A stretch of DNA of 64,000 nucleotides from Eledone cirrhosa (GCA_964016885.1 OZ024749.1:31000001-31064000), one strand, 5' to 3'. Shown: positions 43,499 to 56,906, numbered from the stretch's first letter. Notes: generated by a model not told the origin, from the letters alone. Numbers and translations: made by a program.

Positions 43499-44252
43499 TT
43501 CTTTGAATCTCAGTCGTTGATGTTAGTTAACTGGAAAGTTTGTTGAAATGAATATCGAGCCGCTACCTGCAGCCTCATATATTCAGGACGTATCGGAGGG
43601 TTCCTGCTGTTCCCATCAAGCATGCCTTTTGAAGCGTTCCAAATAGCGTGGCGGGCCATTTTTCTTTAACCATCCCTGGAAACTCTTTGAGATAGTACCT
43701 AGTGCGCCTATGACAATCGGTACGACTTTGATTTCATGGCAGTTCCAAATCCTTTTTACCTCCCACTTTAAGTCCTGGTATGGGTTAATTTTCTCCCTCT
43801 CCTTCTCTTGAACTCTCGTGTCGAATGGGCAGGCCACATCCACGATCAGGCACGATCTTTTTTCTTTGTCCAAAACCACCAGGTCAGGTCTATTGTGTTC
43901 CAGTTTCTTGTCCGTCTGTATCCTAAAATCCCACAGCACCTTCACCTGATCGTTTTCTATCACCGACTCTGGCTTATGCCCATACCACTTCTCAGAATGT
44001 GGTAAATTGTTTACTTTGCATAGGTGCCAGTGGATCACCCTGCCCATCACATCATGTCTCCAGCCCTTATAATGAGTCTGGGCTAGGTGTTTACACTCGG
44101 ATACAATGTGAGCCACAGTCACCCCTCTCTCTCCACAGATCCTGCACAGTGGGCTAGCCTCCTCCTTGTAAATATGGCGTTTCAACCACTTCGTTTTGAG
44201 GGCCTGCTCTTGCGCAGCCATTAACATTCCTTCTGTAGCCTTTTTAAGGTCT
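43499..44252 (-). mobile_element. 3' fragment of an R4/Dong-clade non-LTR element (restriction-like endonuclease) in (TAA)n
   Basis: AAQEQAL, CRIC..TVAHIVSEC, RHD, LWDF.IQTD..NRPD, IVDVACP, K..YQDL, VVPIVIGALG. Bounded by TAA-type repeats, the established target of Dong elements. Confidence 0.88.
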
Positions 44253-44268
44253 CTTCTTCTTCTTCTTC

Positions 44269-44391
<123 letters not shown>

Positions 44392-44643
44392 TGATATTTG
44401 ACAGCAATAAAATAGTGAAATAATGACGCTGGAATTAAGGAAACAGAAGATTATAAGTATAAATAAATAAGTGAAAATAAAGATATAGAATTAAGATGGA
44501 GAACGAGAGAGTTCACGTTGTCAAAAGTGTGTTGGTGGTGATGATGATGATGATGATAATGAAGATAAAATGAAGGCTGATTAGAATAAAAACGAATAGA
44601 AATACAAGTGAAAAAGCCATATGAACTTACCTGCATGCACATA

Positions 44644-44677
<34 letters not shown>

Positions 44678-44724
44678 GAAAGGTATAGAAAACATTGTAG
44701 CAAAAAGCCAACAGTATTCCATAA

Positions 44725-44782
<58 letters not shown>

Positions 44783-44960
44783 TATGTGTGTGCGTGTGTG
44801 TGTGTATATATGTATATATATATATTTATTTATATGTATATATATGTATATATATATATTTATTTATATGTATATATATGTATATATATATATATATATA
44901 TGTACATATATATATATATACATATATATACATATAAATAAATTTATATATACATATATG

Positions 44961-44992
<32 letters not shown>

Positions 44993-45396
44993 CGATTATG
45001 TGTGTTTAAGAGATTGTCTGGGAGTGTTTCGATCAAAAAGATATAAAGTTGATTAGTATATTATGAAAATATTTCCATACACAGTTAAAGCAATGTAGTG
45101 CTATTGAAAATCCGAAATATAAACTAAAATAAAATATATTTTACATCTGTATGGTCGAAATATGTTTTCATAAATCAACTTTGTGTTTTCTTAACATTGA
45201 CCAATTTTCTGTATAGATATAGAGTACAGAAAGGTATTTACACAATGCCAAGCGTTTGTATTTCTTCAAAGTTTAACTTTGGTGTGACACTGTAATAAAG
45301 ACACATACGCCAATCCTTACATACACAAATCATACGTACACAGGCATATACAAGAAAACACGCATCTCTCTCTCTCTCTCATTATATATATATAAA

Positions 45397-45583
45397 GGGC
45401 AGTGGATTAGCAGTATCAGTAGAGGGTCGGACGCCATGCTTTCCAGCATAGTTACGTCCCTTTACGATCTGAGTTCAAATCCCGCCGATGTTGACTTTGC
45501 CATTCACCCTTACTGGGTCGATAAAATAAAGTACCTGTAATACACTGGGTATTTGCTGGCCTTGTGCCTAAAGTAGAGACAAT

Positions 45584-45585
<2 letters not shown>
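45397..45585 (+). mobile_element. tRNA-derived SINE, full copy (partial copy at 57768-57852)
   Basis: Same family as 2455. Confidence 0.82.
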
Positions 45586-45614
<29 letters not shown>

Positions 45615-45617
45615 TTA

Positions 45618-46036
45618 TATTAAAGAAATGTTTTAGCCTGGTGGTGGAGTTAAGAACCCTCGGAGAAATGGAAAAAGATGAGTATTGACGTACATGGGAG
45701 GCGAACCCACATCTTTCGGTTTCCGGACCACTGTGCTACCATTTACACCAACACATCACAGTCTTTTTCCATTCAAATTAGAAGCTATAAACGTAGCGAC
45801 TGTAATGTCAAGTAAGAATATTTTCGAAACAGCGAGCGGGTTTGAAATTATTAGAAATGTAAGCTATCGCCGTATTTTGACTAGAGAAATTAAAGAAATT
45901 ATTTAGTACGTCAATACTCATTTTTTCCATTTCTCCAAGGGTTCTTAACCCCACTATCAGGCTGAATAATATCTTTAATTTCTTTAGTCAAAATACGGCG
46001 ATAACTTACATTTCTAATAATTTCAAATCCGCTCGC
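45618..46036. mobile_element. About 290-bp tRNA-head-containing unit (-) plus inverted partial copy (+)
   Basis: tRNA-like TGGTGTAAATGGTAGCAC...GGGTTCGCCTCCCA at about 45694-45750 (-). 45906-46036 is the reverse complement of 45618-45693 joined to 45811-45905. Confidence 0.55.
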
Positions 46037-46050
46037 TGTTTCGAAAATAT

Positions 46051-46171
<121 letters not shown>

Positions 46172-46294
46172 TATATACCACACAATATAATAATTCCATT
46201 ATTCTGGAAAAGGTTAATAGTAGCGATTCTGTGCTTAAATCTTAATCTCTGCAGACATATATATATATATATATATGTGTGTATGTACAGATTA

Positions 46295-46338
<44 letters not shown>

Positions 46339-46470
46339 ATAAATGCTCTGAAATAGCGATATATATGTGAATATAGACATAGAATATTCGAAAATATTCT
46401 GTATGTTTATAATAAACATTTTGAAGACCTAATCGCTATAGAATAGAATACGTCACGTATTACAATTAGA

Positions 46471-46557
46471 TTCTCGATAAAAGCAAGGGAAGTAATCTAC
46501 GCGTTTCATTCTTGTAAGAAATCATCAGGACTACATATCCAGTGCTTTTATCGAGAA
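46471..46557 (-). ncRNA. Type I hammerhead, first of 6 minus-strand copies (every 310 bp to 48107)
   Basis: Reverse complement of the motif at 48394-48480. Confidence 0.85.
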
Positions 46558-48393
46558 TGACACAGCTAGAGACTTATAGAATACTTAGCTGTGTACAGGA
46601 ACTGGTTTGAAAGAGCGGTTGCCGGTCCGGCAGAAATTAGAAATTGGAATAAATGCTCTGAAATAGCGATATATATGTGAATATAGACATAGAATATTCG
46701 AAAATATTCTGTATGTTTATAATAAACATTTTGAAGACCTAATCGCTATAGAATAGAATACGTCACGTATTACAATTAGATTCTCGATAAAAGCAAGGGA
46801 AGTAATCTACGCGTTTCATTCTTGTAAGAAATCATCAGGACTACATATCCAGTGCTTTTATCGAGAATGACACAGCTAGAGACTTATAGAATACTTAGCT
46901 GTGTACAGGAACTGGTTTGAAAGAGCGGTTGCCGGTCCGGCAGAAATTAGAAATTGGAATAAATGCTCTGAAATAGCGATATATATGTGAATATAGACAT
47001 AGAATATTCGAAAATATTCTGTATGTTTATAATAAACATTTTGAAGACCTAATCGCTATAGAATAGAATACGTCACGTATTACAATTAGATTCTCGATAA
47101 AAGCAAGGGAAGTAATCTACGCGTTTCATTCTTGTAAGAAATCATCAGGACTACATATCCAGTGCTTTTATCGAGAATGACACAGCTAGAGACTTATAGA
47201 ATACTTAGCTGTGTACAGGAACTGGTTTGAAAGAGCGGTTGCCGGTCCGGCAGAAATTAAAAATTGGAATAAATGCTCTGAAATAGCGATATATATGTGA
47301 ATATAGACATAGAATATTCGAAAATATTCTGTATGTTTATAATAAACATTTTGAAGACCTAATCGCTATAGAATAGAATACGTCGCGTATTACAATTAGA
47401 TTCTCGATAAAAGCAAGGGAAGTAATCTACGCGTTTCATTCTTGTAAGAAATCATCAGGACTACATATCCAGTGCTTTTATCGAGAATGACACAGCTAGA
47501 GACTTATAGAATACTTAGCTGTGTACAGGAACTGGTTTGAAAGAGCGGTTGCCGGTCCGGCAGAAATTAGAAATTGGAATAAATGCTCTGAAATAGCGAT
47601 ATATATGTGAATATAGACATAGAATATTCGAAAATATTCTGTATGTTTATAATAAACATTTTGAAGACCTAATCGCTATAGAATAGAATACGTCACGTAT
47701 TACAATTAGATTCTCGATAAAAGCAAGGGAAGTAATCTACGCGTTTCATTCTTGTAAGAAATCATCAGGACTACATATCCAGTGCTTTTATCGAGAATGA
47801 CACAGCTAGAGACTTATAGAATACTTAGCTGTGTACAGGAACTGGTTTGAAAGAGCGGTTGCCGGTCCGGCAGAAATTAGAAATTGGAATAAATGCTCTG
47901 AAATAGCGATATATATGTGAATATAGACATAGAATATTCGAAAATATTCTGTATGTTTATAATAAACATTTTGAAGACCTAATCGCTATAGAATAGAATA
48001 CGTCACGTATTACAATTAGATTCTCGATAAAAGCAAGGGAAGTAATCTACGCGTTTCATTCTTGTAAGAAATCATCAGGACTACATATCCAGTGCTTTTA
48101 TCGAGAATGACACAGCTAGAGACTTATAGAATACTTAGCTGTGTACAGGAACTGGTTTGAAAGAGCGGTTGCCGGTCCGGCAGAAATTAGAAATTGGAAT
48201 AAATGCTCTGAAATAGCGATATATGTGAATATAGACATACAGAATATTTTCGAATATTCTATGTCTATATTCACATATATATCGCTATTTCAGAGCATTT
48301 ATTCCAATTTCTAATTTCTGCCGGACCGGCAACCGCTCTTTCAAACCAGTTCCTGTACACAGCTAAGTATTCTATAAGTCTCTAGCTGTGTCA

Positions 48394-48480
48394 TTCTCGA
48401 TAAAAGCACTGGATATGTAGTCCTGATGATTTCTTACAAGAATGAAACGCGTAGATTACTTCCCTTGCTTTTATCGAGAA
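48394..48480 (+). ncRNA. Type I hammerhead, first of 9 plus-strand copies (every 310 bp to 50960)
   Basis: TTCTCGATAAAAGCA ctggatat GTAGTC-CTGATGA-t TTCT taca AGAA t-GAAAC GC GTA-GATTAC ttccct TGCTTTTATCGAGAA. Predicted cleavage after A48453. Confidence 0.87.
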
Positions 48481-51214
48481 TCTAATTGTAATACGTGACG
48501 TATTCTATTCTATAGCGATTAGGTCTTCAAAATGTTTATTATAAACATACAGAATATTTTCGAATATTCTATGTCTATATTCACATATATATCGCTATTT
48601 CAGAGCATTTATTCCAATTTCTAATTTCTGCCGGACCGGCAACCGCTCTTTCAAACCAGTTCCTGTACACAGCTAAGTATTCTATAAGTCTCTAGCTGTG
48701 TCATTCTCGATAAAAGCACTGGATATGTAGTCCTGATGATTTCTTACAAGAATGAAACGCGTAGATTACTTCCCTTGCTTTTATCGAGAATCTAATTGTA
48801 ATACGTGACGTATTCTATTCTATAGCGATTAGGTCTTCAAAATGTTTATTATAAACATACAGAATATTTTCGAATATTCTATGTCTATATTCACATATAT
48901 ATCGCTATTTCAGAGCATTTATTCCAATTTCTAATTTCTGCCGGACCGGCAACCGCTCTTTCAAACCAGTTCCTGTACACAGCTAAGTATTCTATAAGTC
49001 TCTAGCTGTGTCATTCTCGATAAAAGCACTGGATATGTAGTCCTGATGATTTCTTACAAGAATGAAACGCGTAGATTACTTCCCTTGCTTTTATCGAGAA
49101 TCTAATTGTAATACGTGACGTATTCTATTCTATAGCGATTAGGTCTTCAAAATGTTTATTATAAACATACAGAATATTTTCGAATATTCTATGTCTATAT
49201 TCACATATATATCGCTATTTCAGAGCATTTATTCCAATTTCTAATTTCTGCCGGACCGGCAACCGCTCTTTCAAACCAGTTCCTGTACACAGCTAAGTAT
49301 TCTATAAGTCTCTAGCTGTGTCATTCTCGATAAAAGCACTGGATATGTAGTCCTGATGATTTCTTACAAGAATGAAACGCGTAGATTACTTCCCTTGCTT
49401 TTATCGAGAATCTAATTGTAATACGTGACGTATTCTATTCTATAGCGATTAGGTCTTCAAAATGTTTATTATAAACATACAGAATATTTTCGAATATTCT
49501 ATGTCTATATTCACATATATATCGCTATTTCAGAGCATTTATTCCAATTTCTAATTTCTGCCGGACCGGCAACCGCTCTTTCAAACCAGTTCCTGTACAC
49601 AGCTAAGTATTCTATAAGTCTCTAGCTGTGTCATTCTCGATAAAAGCACTGGATATGTAGTCCTGATGATTTCTTACAAGAATGAAACGCGTAGATTACT
49701 TCCCTTGCTTTTATCGAGAATCTAATTGTAATACGTGACGTATTCTATTCTATAGCGATTAGGTCTTCAAAATGTTTATTATAAACATACAGAATATTTT
49801 CGAATATTCTATGTCTATATTCACATATATATCGCTATTTCAGAGCATTTATTCCAATTTCTAATTTCTGCCGGACCGGCAACCGCTCTTTCAAACCAGT
49901 TCCTGTACACAGCTAAGTATTCTATAAGTCTCTAGCTGTGTCATTCTCGATAAAAGCACTGGATATGTAGTCCTGATGATTTCTTACAAGAATGAAACGC
50001 GTAGATTACTTCCCTTGCTTTTATCGAGAATCTAATTGTAATACGTGACGTATTCTATTCTATAGCGATTAGGTCTTCAAAATGTTTATTATAAACATAC
50101 AGAATATTTTCGAATATTCTATGTCTATATTCACATATATATCGCTATTTCAGAGCATTTATTCCAATTTCTAATTTCTGCCGGACCGGCAACCGCTCTT
50201 TCAAACCAGTTCCTGTACACAGCTAAGTATTCTATAAGTCTCTAGCTGTGTCATTCTCGATAAAAGCACTGGATATGTAGTCCTGATGATTTCTTACAAG
50301 AATGAAACGCGTAGATTACTTCCCTTGCTTTTATCGAGAATCTAATTGTAATACGTGACGTATTCTATTCTATAGCGATTAGGTCTTCAAAATGTTTATT
50401 ATAAACATACAGAATATTTTCGAATATTCTATGTCTATATTCACATATATATCGCTATTTCAGAGCATTTATTCCAATTTCTAATTTCTGCCGGACCGGC
50501 AACCGCTCTTTCAAACCAGTTCCTGTACACAGCTAAGTATTCTATAAGTCTCTAGCTGTGTCATTCTCGATAAAAGCACTGGATATGTAGTCCTGATGAT
50601 TTCTTACAAGAATGAAACGCGTAGATTACTTCCCTTGCTTTTATCGAGAATCTAATTGTAATACGTGACGTATTCTATTCTATAGCGATTAGGTCTTCAA
50701 AATGTTTATTATAAACATACAGAATATTTTCGAATATTCTATGTCTATATTCACATATATATCGCTATTTCAGAGCATTTATTCCAATTTCTAATTTCTG
50801 CCGGACCGGCAACCGCTCTTTCAAACCAGTTCCTGTACACAGCTAAGTATTCTATAAGTCTCTAGCTGTGTCATTCTCGATAAAAGCACTGGATATGTAG
50901 TCCTGATGATTTCTTACAAGAATGAAACGCGTAGATTACTTCCCTTGCTTTTATCGAGAATCTAATTGTAATACGTGACGTATTCTATTCTATAGCGATT
51001 AGGTCTTCAAAATGTTTATTATAAACATACAGAATATTTTCGAATATTCTATGTCTATATTTATATATATATATGTATACAGCTTTTCGTCTCATCCCGC
51101 CATCACTAGCGTGTGTACACGTGTGTTTTGTTATTTCAATTCTACACGCTGTCGCTTGCCTGCTTTTAATTCCCCTCCGGCATTTAAGCAGTGGTGATCT
51201 AGTTAATGTATTGA

Positions 51215-51293
51215 GCACTACTGAAGATCACTTCAACCGTGATTAACCCCACTGAAAAGTTTCGTGAAATAGTCTGTTAAGACTATATAGTGC
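51215..51293 (+). ncRNA. Type I hammerhead of a different family
   Basis: GCACTA-CTGAAGA-(imperfect 38-nt stem II)-GAAA TAGTC tgttaa GACTA TA-TAGTGC. Confidence 0.7.
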
Positions 51294-51358
51294 ATTTGTA
51301 GTTCTCAACAAATTGTCAGTTAAGTATTTCTTGATTTTATTTTGAGTTAAGATTGTAC

Positions 51359-51529
51359 TGCTTTTTCCCAAACTTACACAAAGTCTGAGGATGAAGATTT
51401 TCCTCTTGATTTGTTTTAAATTAAGATTGTATTACCTTTCCTTCATCTTACATTTTCATCTTGATGGCACAGTCATTTATATGTCTGAATTATTGTTGAC
51501 ATCTTGCTTACATTAATTTCTCTATTTTC

Positions 51530-51594
<65 letters not shown>

Positions 51595-52065
51595 TACAAC
51601 ACAATATAATAATTCCATTACCCCGAAATAGGGTAATAGTACCGATTCTTTGCTTAAATATTAATCTGTACACACACACACCTCTATAAGTCAACATCTT
51701 TCCCTGAGTTCAGTTTTTTTCGTGGCTATTGCTTTTTCCAAAACTTACACAAAGTCTGAGGATGAAGATTTTCTTCTTGATTTGTTTTAAATTAAGATTG
51801 TATTACTTTTCCTTCATCTTACATTTTCATCTTGATGGCACAGTCATTTATATGTCTGAATTATTGTTGACATTTTGCTTACATTAATTTCTCTATTTTC
51901 ATTTATATATATATATATATACATATATACAACACAATATAATAGTTCCATTACCCCGGAATAGGGTAATAGTTGCGATTCTTAGCTTAAATATTAATCT
52001 GTACACACACACACACACATCTATAAGTCAACATCTTTCCCCGAGATCAGTTTTTTTCGTTGCTA
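51359..52065. repeat. Tandem duplication of about 370 bp; its 3' part also occurs at 46180-46255 and, more diverged, near 15850-16262
   Basis: 51359-51729 is repeated at 51730-52065 with a shorter internal (TA)n. Confidence 0.85.
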
Positions 52066-52279
52066 TAGCAATGCGGCTGGACTGGCGGTCGCTATATTTG
52101 ATTTGCAAAAGTGTCTAAACGCATTGTTATAACTCTGGGGTATTATTCTCCATCGAGTGCTAAAGCTACATTCCGAATCTGCATGCGTTAGTTTAGCCGC
52201 AGCCTAAAGCTTCGTTAATGCTGTACTAAAATTTGTATATATATATATAAATGAATAAAATTAGTTATTCATCATATAT

Positions 52280-52318
<39 letters not shown>

Positions 52319-53101
52319 TTTTCCGTAGTGTTGTAATATAAATATTACACACAGTAGATGGACAGCTCACGTAGAGTTTGCTCGACGGTTCCAGTTGTAG
52401 TTCCAAATGTAATCCGGAGAAAAATAGAAGGATTTTAATGGATATAGTTTAGTTAAAAGGAATTTATTGATACGTGTTTCTATAACAGTTACATAACCTG
52501 AAAACAGCTGCTATCTACAAAGTATTAGTTATGCAGACATTCAATATTTCAATGTTATTATCGACTGTCATTTCATCAGAATAATTTTACTGAGGACCTG
52601 TTTGGTTTTTATAGAGAATATTAGGAGGGAGGGGTGAATGTGTTAGAAGAATAGTTGAGGGAGTGGTTTTTTGATAGCTGTGAGAATTTTTGGTGGCAGT
52701 GAGTAATTAGATTCCCATCTGTTGTTTTGACATTTTTATAGAATATATTATTGGTTATTTTTCTAAATCTATAGAAGGATTAGAGATAGTATAGATATGC
52801 GTCGTTGGTTTTGTGTTTGCATTTAATTAACATTCAGACTTAAATTTTTCTTTGAAGTGTACGTATCCTTTCGCCCACGCATTCACACACAAACATATAT
52901 GCACACCTCTACAAAATACATATACTCACATACACATACTTACATGCTCATACTTACATACATATACACATGCATACATATATATATATACACATATATA
53001 CATGTACATACATACGCGTTCATGTGTATACATTTTCATACTCAACTTATCTTTATATACACACGTATAGACACACATATATATACACACATACTCCAGA
53101 C

Positions 53102-53182
<81 letters not shown>

Positions 53183-53188
<6 letters not shown>

Positions 53189-54064
53189 ATACTTTGGGAG
53201 GGTCATGTTGCCAATAAGAAACACACGCACCAGATGCTTTCACTTCAATTTATTATATATTTATAAATTTATAAATTTACAAATCTGCAAACTTATAAAT
53301 GTCTGGTTGGTTGATTGGTTCCACAACCAGATAGTTGTTTATATATAGTCATAGTCCTTTCGTCACACACTATGTGACCTCTTCAGTGACTGGGGATTCC
53401 TTTCTTTTTTTCTGTGCCTTTCCTTTCTTCTATCCTACGCCATTTTGTTTCTGTGTGTGTGTTGTGTGCACAGTTTGCGCACGCGCCACTTCCGGATGTC
53501 TGTGTGTGTTTGTGTTCATTTATCTATTTGTTTATTTATTTATTTATTTATTGTTGGTTGGTTGTTTGTTCTATGTGTGTGTGTGTTTTCATTTTGTCCT
53601 TAATTGTAAGTTGTGATGTTGCTGTTCCACTCATATTTTCTATTTAATTTTGGTTGTAATTCTTTTATGCTTACTGCCTCTGTAATTTGCCTAAACATTG
53701 CATCTTTTCTGTGTGTGGATTCTATTTTTATTTCTATGTTCTCTAATCTACCCCTGTGTTCTATCTTAGCATGTTGGTAGAGCACAGATGATTCTTTATT
53801 ATCTTGAAGGTCTCGCCAGTGTTCATTTATTCGTTCCCCTATACTACGAGCTATCTCACTATATTTTTGTTTCTACATTGTCCTTCAGTATTTTATAAGT
53901 TTGTAGATTTGTAAATTTATAAATTTATAAATATATAATACATTGAAGTGAATGCAACTGGTGCGTGTGTTTCTTATTGGCAACATGACGCTCCCAAAGT
54001 ATAACAATATCGGTTTCAACACACGATTTCAGATAAAGAATCTCGCTAAACAAATTCAGAAACG

Positions 54065-54066
<2 letters not shown>
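53183..54066 (-). mobile_element. Penelope-like element B, 3' fragment with 5' inverted arm, nested in the (TA)n of element A
   Basis: Minus strand 53600-53860 encodes a GIY-YIG C-terminus (RSIGERINEH...SVLYQHA...RQITEAVSIKELQPKLN). HHR at 53347-53391. 53890-54066 is an inverted copy of its 3' end. Confidence 0.82.
53347..53391 (-). ncRNA. Hammerhead motif in the 3' end of PLE B
   Basis: AGTCA-CTGAAGA-g GTCACA tagtg TGTGAC-GAAAG GA CTA-TGACT. Confidence 0.72.
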
Positions 54067-54114
<48 letters not shown>

Positions 54115-54642
54115 ACTTTAATACATGAATGCACTTACATCTAACTATACACAAACATATATATATATTTACTTATTTATATACATTTTCACATATATAT
54201 ACATACTTATGGTCGCTTTTAGACACATTCATTATAGCATATTTGCACCTATTCTCATCGGCATATCTTTCCATTATTAGTGTGGTAATTTAAGGTTATT
54301 AATATACATATATATGTTGAGAAGAGATTGTTTTTATATTTTTCTAACTAGATTGAGGTTTATATAGTTGGGGGGATGTCCCTCTTTTATGTAATATTCA
54401 GCTTGTAGTGGGAAAAAAGGGTTTTAGTTCGGTGACGGCAGAATAATGTTCGTTCAATTCTGTTATTCAGCAATTTCCTCTTGTGTGTGGTTATGTAATA
54501 GATCTCAAGATTACACAATTTGCAGAAATTTTGGCTCCTGGAAAAGCTTTGGGTTTTAGCTAATTTTTCCCATTTTAGGGTAAACTTTTGATCGCTATCC
54601 CTGAGCGTCCAAGCTTTTTCTGCTAAAGTTGTTACATTTCTT

Positions 54643-56549
54643 CGAAAAGAATTACATAAAAAATATAGAAAAACGAATGAAGTAACTCTTAAGCACATCA
54701 ATGATGAGGCATGCGAAATAGTGAAAAATCTCGGGATCGAGGATAGGACAGGACCACTCTTACCGGCGGTACCCACCTTCAATCTTAAGGATCATAAGGT
54801 AAACTTTGATAATGACCCTAAAATTGATTAATCTGCCCCTCTAAATCAGATATAGGTCAAATAAGCAAATATATCTTAGATAGAATCATCCCCCAAATTA
54901 AGGCTAAGGTTAACATTAAACTCTGGGGGAAGACCCAAGAAGCAATAAGATGATTTAATAGCATTAGCAATAAGAATAAATCTAAGTTTATCCAGTTTGA
55001 TATCGACGAATATTACTCATCGATATCACCTGAAACTTTGAATAGAGCCATTAAGTTTGCTAAGGATAACTCTGACCTTACAAACGATGAAATTAAGATT
55101 ATATTAGAAGCTAAGAAAACTATAGTCAAATTTGAGAACAGTTATTGGGTACGTAAAGATAGACCCTCTAACTTTGACATAACAATGGGCTCTAACGATT
55201 CGGCGGAAATAACTGATATTGTGGGGTTATTTATCGCCTTTAGACTCCAGGAAAAATTCAGCAATCTCCACGGCGGAATATACCGCGACGATGTTCTCCT
55301 TCTAGTTAAAAACCTAAATAACCAAAAACTAGAAAAACTACGCAAAGATATAAGAAAACTACTACTCGAAATAGGACTAACTATAACATATAAATACAAC
55401 CTTAAAGTAGTTAACTTCCTGGATGTCACACTCAATTTAAACTCTGGTTTGATTAAACCGTTTCATAAATTGAATGAAAATCTCAAGTACGTAAATGTTG
55501 GGTCTAACCACCCCATCTCTATAATTAAATCTATCCTTAAAAATATTTCCCTTAGAATCTCGGGTCTATCTTCTAACATACAAGTATTTAAGGAACACGC
55601 CGAGTACTACGATAACGCCCTTAGTAAAGCAGGCTACCTCAACAAAATAGAGTATATAGATGAGAACAATCAAAACACCCAAAATAAATCCCACATAGGT
55701 AGATGTAATAACACAACACCAAACCACACTTACTACCATAGTATACACACCAGTAAACCAACAAACAAAACTAATAGAAAGCGATGCAAAGAGTACTTAT
55801 GGTATAACCCTGAATACAATAGGTCCATTAGTACAAATTTACCAGTACTCTTCTTTAAAATAATTAAGAGACATTTTCCTACATCACACAAATACCACAA
55901 AATCCTAAACCCTACCACTATAAGACTGTCATACTCTACAGCGTTAAACCTTGAACAACACATAAAAAAGATCAATACTAGAAGGTTAAACGAAAACACT
56001 AAAAACTTAAGTACAAAGAACACAAAAAAAACAGTAGACAATACACTACAGAACATAAATAAACCACACCTAAGTTCGTCCGCAATACTACTCCAGAGAA
56101 AACCCAACGTACACAACTGTAACTGCACCTATCCTGACAACTGCCCCCTCGGCAATAACTGCCTGGAAAAAAATATTATTTATAAGTGTACCATTAAATC
56201 CGGAGGCAACGAGTCGTATTACGTAGGATCAACGGCAACATCGTTTAAATCTCGATTATATAGGCATTCTTACTCAATAAAACACCAGAGCCAAAGAAAT
56301 GTAACAACTTTAGCAGAAAAAGCTTGGACGCTCAGGGATAGCGATCAAAAGTTTACCCTAAAATGGGAAAAATTAGCTAAAACCCAAAGCTTTTCCAGGA
56401 GCCAAAATTTCTGCAAATTGTGTAATCTTGAGATCTATTACATAATCACACACAAGAGGAAATTGCTGAATAACAGAATTGAACGAACATTATTCTGCCG
56501 TCACCGAACTAAAACCCTTTTTTCCCACTACAAGCTGAATATTACATAA
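54643..56549 (+). pseudogene. PLE reverse transcriptase + C-terminal GIY-YIG endonuclease, 5'-truncated
   Basis: KDHK..F, (frameshift near 54828) PSKSDIGQISK, (TGA at 54951) FIQFDIDEYYSSI, MGS.DSAE, YRDD, NFLDV, CNC-x5-CPL, IIY...YVG...R...H. Confidence 0.9.
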
Positions 56550-56821
56550 AAGAGGGACATCCCCCCAACTATATAAACCTCAATCTAGTTAGAAAAATAT
56601 AAAAACAATCTCTTCTCAACATATATATGTATATTAATAACCTTAAATTACCACACTAATAATGGAAAGATATGCTGATGAGAATAGGTGCAAATATGCT
56701 ATAATGAAAGTGTCTAAAAGCAACCATAAGTATGTATATATATGTGAAAATGTATATAAATAAGTAAATATATATATATGTTTGTGTATAGTTAGATGTA
56801 AGTGCATTCATGTATTAAAGT

Positions 56822-56906
<85 letters not shown>

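Larger units (their letters stand above)
46333..51061. repeat. 310-bp hammerhead-containing tandem array (candidate non-LTR retrozyme): 6+ units on - strand, 9+ units on + strand
   Basis: Exact period 310 with only about 3 differences seen among copies. Orientation switch at about 48240. (TA)n at both ends. Confidence 0.95.

Noticed and set aside
45694-45750. Functional tRNA gene
   Set aside because: Acceptor stem and T-loop do not fit well and it is embedded in a repeat unit; treated as tRNA-derived.
46333-51061. Ordinary satellite, 5S/snRNA cluster or CRISPR array
   Set aside because: No spacers and no recognisable 5S, tRNA or snRNA sequence. The HHR in every unit explains it better.
54387-54782. 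Separate 131-aa minus-strand gene
   Set aside because: Chimeric frame across the PLE A inversion junction; its C-terminus duplicates the GIY-YIG end.
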